In this document: in pieces, positions 61,056 to 64,000 of the stretch
Layout of the letters: each line of letters begins with the position of its first letter
Position numbering within the stretch: the stretch's first letter is position 1
Assembly (NCBI GenBank): GCA_038087875.1
Contig: CM075995.1
Span: 10,976,001 to 11,040,000, forward strand
Origin: Malacoraja senta
Lineage: Eukaryota
Direction of reading: 5' to 3'
DNA length: 64,000 bases
Position numbers and translations under genes: made by a program
Notes under the pieces: model-generated
What the model saw: the letters and a program-made list of their open reading frames with translations, nothing else
Told to the model about the DNA's origin: nothing
Database searches by the model: none

Positions 61056-64000
61056 TTCTCTGTGAACTTATTCTTTAATCCGATTATATCTGAAGAGGCT
61101 CTCCCCACCTAAATATTAAATTCTCCAAATATGTTCTCTTCCCCAATCTACTTATCTTCTCACCTTTTATCCCTCATTATGAGATCCCTCAAACCCCCTT
61201 TTGTAAGCCATAAGACAATTTTACATGTACATTCATTTCCCTTACACAGCACATGCTTCAACACCTTTGTTCGTCTGCAGACCATAATCTTGCTTCATTT
61301 GCATTTTAAAGGACAACCTCTGTTATCACATCAAAACAATCCCAAAAGAACTCACTCAGAATCAGTAATCAATAATACATTTTCTTTTTCTCTGTAATTT
61401 TGACATTTCCAATCTCATTTAACACTTTAATTGGGATGAGTCTCTTTTTGAACTCGGCTCAAAAGATTTATAACAACCAACACATTTTATCATTTGCTCC
61501 AACACATTTTATCATTTGAGTATAACTCCACCCCCCATTCATGGCAGTGTCTTAAAGGAACACACCATAACCTGCCTGTTCATTTGCATTTTAAAGGACA
61601 AACTGTTCTTAAAGGGACTCACACTTTTGCTCATTGCTTCAAATTTCACACATTCCACATAGAAAAAACATTGTTTTACAAGCAGTACATACACACAAAA
61701 CAATTGTTTTACCAGCAGTATATAATATTTCATCTTCAAAGACGTCTCTTTGTAATTTACTTTCCCTTTTTCTGACAAGACTTCTGTTTACCAGAATCCT
61801 GGTTACCTAACCCTAATTATACTTTGATCCAGATCATGATTATTCAGACTCCCCGTGACTTTTCAGTCTCCCTATCCTATCCTCATTTCTCCACCGAATT
61901 TGTCTTCATCCCCAATTTTTCTATAACATAGTTGCTTGTCAGAAAAAGGATTCCCCCGGGGTAATTTTGTTTTGCAATGCCCCATAGGCTCTTTCCACCA
62001 TCCCAGATGCCTGTGGGTGATGTACACAGTGAAATTGCTGTCGGATATAAAAATGTGTACATATTTCCTTATTAATAGTGGCAATAAAATGGGGACCATT
62101 GTCCAAGCTTATGACAGTAGGTAGGCCAAACCTGGGAATAACTTCCCTTAACACCAATGTTACTGTAGTCTCAGCAGTATCATTAGTGGTTGGTGGAGCT
62201 TCAATCCACCTGCTAAATAAATCTAAAATAACTAAGCAATATTTATAACACTGGGCCCTTGGCATTTCAATAAAATCAATCTGTATGCATTCAAACGGTC
62301 GTGATGGCATTGGTGTCACCCCTGAGGGTATCCTAATTGGTTTGCCTGGATTATTTCGTTGGCAAATTTTACATTCAGAGGCCTGCTTCAGTGCCTCTTG
62401 CCGGATTTTTAGGTGCCACCACGTTTCCTTTGTCATCCTTATCATTCCCTCCTTACCAGCATGGGTAAGAGAGTGAATATATGTTAGTAAAACAGGTAAA
62501 AATGCATCAGATACACCAACTTGTCCAAGCGGGGTGAGCCGAATCAATGGCACAGCCCTCTTGTTTCCATAGTTGTTTTGGGTTATCAGAGGCGTCCCTC
62601 TGTAATGTACATACCTCCCTCATGTTTGGCAGGACCGTTCTATTTGCTAGCATCTGTTTACCTGCTGTCACTAAGCATTTGTATGCATAGGCTGCTTGTT
62701 TGGCTACACTATCGGCAAATGCATTGCCTTTTGTTATAGGGTCCCCAGCACCAGTGTGTGCAGCACATTTAATAATGGTCAGCTGTTCTGGTATCATCAA
62801 TGCCTTAAGCAAATAACGCACAGAAAGGCATTCCCGTGCTCCCAATCCTGGGGAGCTTTGTAAGGTCAGAACTTTAAGGTATAGGGATATTACTGACGGA
62901 GCTGCCACAGGTAAGTATGCCATCGCTACTGGTAGGACGTAGGGAGGTGGACATCTCCCAGGATTATCTAACTCCTCATCTTCACTACCAAACAGGGTCG
63001 TCGTGCCAGACATGAAGTCTCCTCCAGAGGATTTATCAGTACTGGGTTTATTTGTACTAACCATCACCTGTTTATCACCTCCTGCCTGTCTCTTAATTAT
63101 TTTTTCTTGTTCCTCCGCCCACTGGCATTCTAGTTGCAATACTTTCCATCCTTTCATAGTGCCATCCTGATTTCGTAACTCTATCCCTTGTTTACATGCA
63201 GTATCCATCCAACTTCGATCTCTACTCTCCTCATGCTTCTTTTCTGCTTCTGCTTTCCACGTCTTAATTCCCTTCTTCCATTTCTTTCCTGCCTTCCTTT
63301 CCCATATCAACATTTCTGCTTTTTTAATTGTCTCGACATTCCATGTGCCCCCCACTGGCCAGGCTTCATCCCCCAACCGTTTGGTCAACTTGTAACTTAA
63401 CATTCTAAATTTCTTATTATACTTAGGATTCAAATAACACATATGTTGGACGGGGGTTCCCCCCTCACTGTTATCCAAAGCATTTCCCATAGCTAGATAG
63501 AGAAAAAGAGAGAGAAAAAAAAGAAAAAGAAAAAGAAAAAGAAAACAGACCGCTTGATTCCGAAACGTGCAAAATATATCAACCAGGCCGACTCGCTACT
63601 CGAGACACCAGTTTCTCAATTTGGCTGATTTTTTATTTTTCTTTACCTCTTTGATATACGACCCAAGTGTCTCAACGAAGCCGACTCACTAACCGAGACC
63701 CCCCGTTTCTCAACCTGGCAGACTTCTTAATCTTTAATATACAACGCCACTTATTTCTTAATCCGACAACTCCCCGGATGTTTCAATAAGCCAGACGCAC
63801 ACCTCAACTCCCGTATCTCAACCCGACAAAACACGGATGTCTCAACGAGGCCGATAAGCCCTTAGTAGAGAGAAAAGAAAAAAACAGAGATAGACAGAGA
63901 GAGAAAGAGAAACCACTCACGTCCTTCTTAACAATATACACAAGCCCATCTTAAAAATACATGCACAATTCTGTCTTAAAAATACATACACAATCCCTTC

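Larger units (their letters stand above)
59491..64000 (-). mobile_element. Internally deleted class I (gamma/epsilon-like) endogenous retrovirus; 5' end outside window
   Basis: Gag MGN..PPPY. RNase H end IIKCAAH..GNAFADSVAK. IN HSLTH..CKIC, IQIDF, LDNGPHF, PQASGMVER. IN C-terminus AVKIEDHRRWIHL at ~60.6 kb. Repeated leader at 63.5-64 kb. Confidence 0.85.

Overview
This is eukaryotic, vertebrate-type DNA. The repeat families suggest a cartilaginous fish such as a skate, which is inference and unverified. The window is almost entirely a deeply nested pile of transposable elements, and I can support no intact host protein-coding gene. Contents: many CR1 LINEs (one full-length), two L2, two L1 (one full-length, 12-bp TSD), Tx1, Rex1/Babar, Penelope, three DIRS1-type tyrosine-recombinase retrotransposons, a complete Gypsy LTR element, two endogenous-retrovirus remnants, a Buster-type hAT fossil, a Harbinger MITE, and an unclassified long-TIR element with ~150-bp modular repeats. 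Two tRNA genes lie at ~37.6-39 kb: Val-CAC and an intron-containing Arg-TCG. Best leads: (1) conserved in-phase splice signals in the DIRS copies that would remove RT/RH/MT and join Gag to the recombinase; (2) the intron-bearing tRNA-Arg(TCG) with a canonical A-I pair; (3) a 280-bp duplication flanking an L1; (4) three non-coding elements sharing a covarying Rex1-type 3' stem-loop; (5) the modular-TIR element. All calls were made by eye, and boundaries without a stated TSD are approximate.
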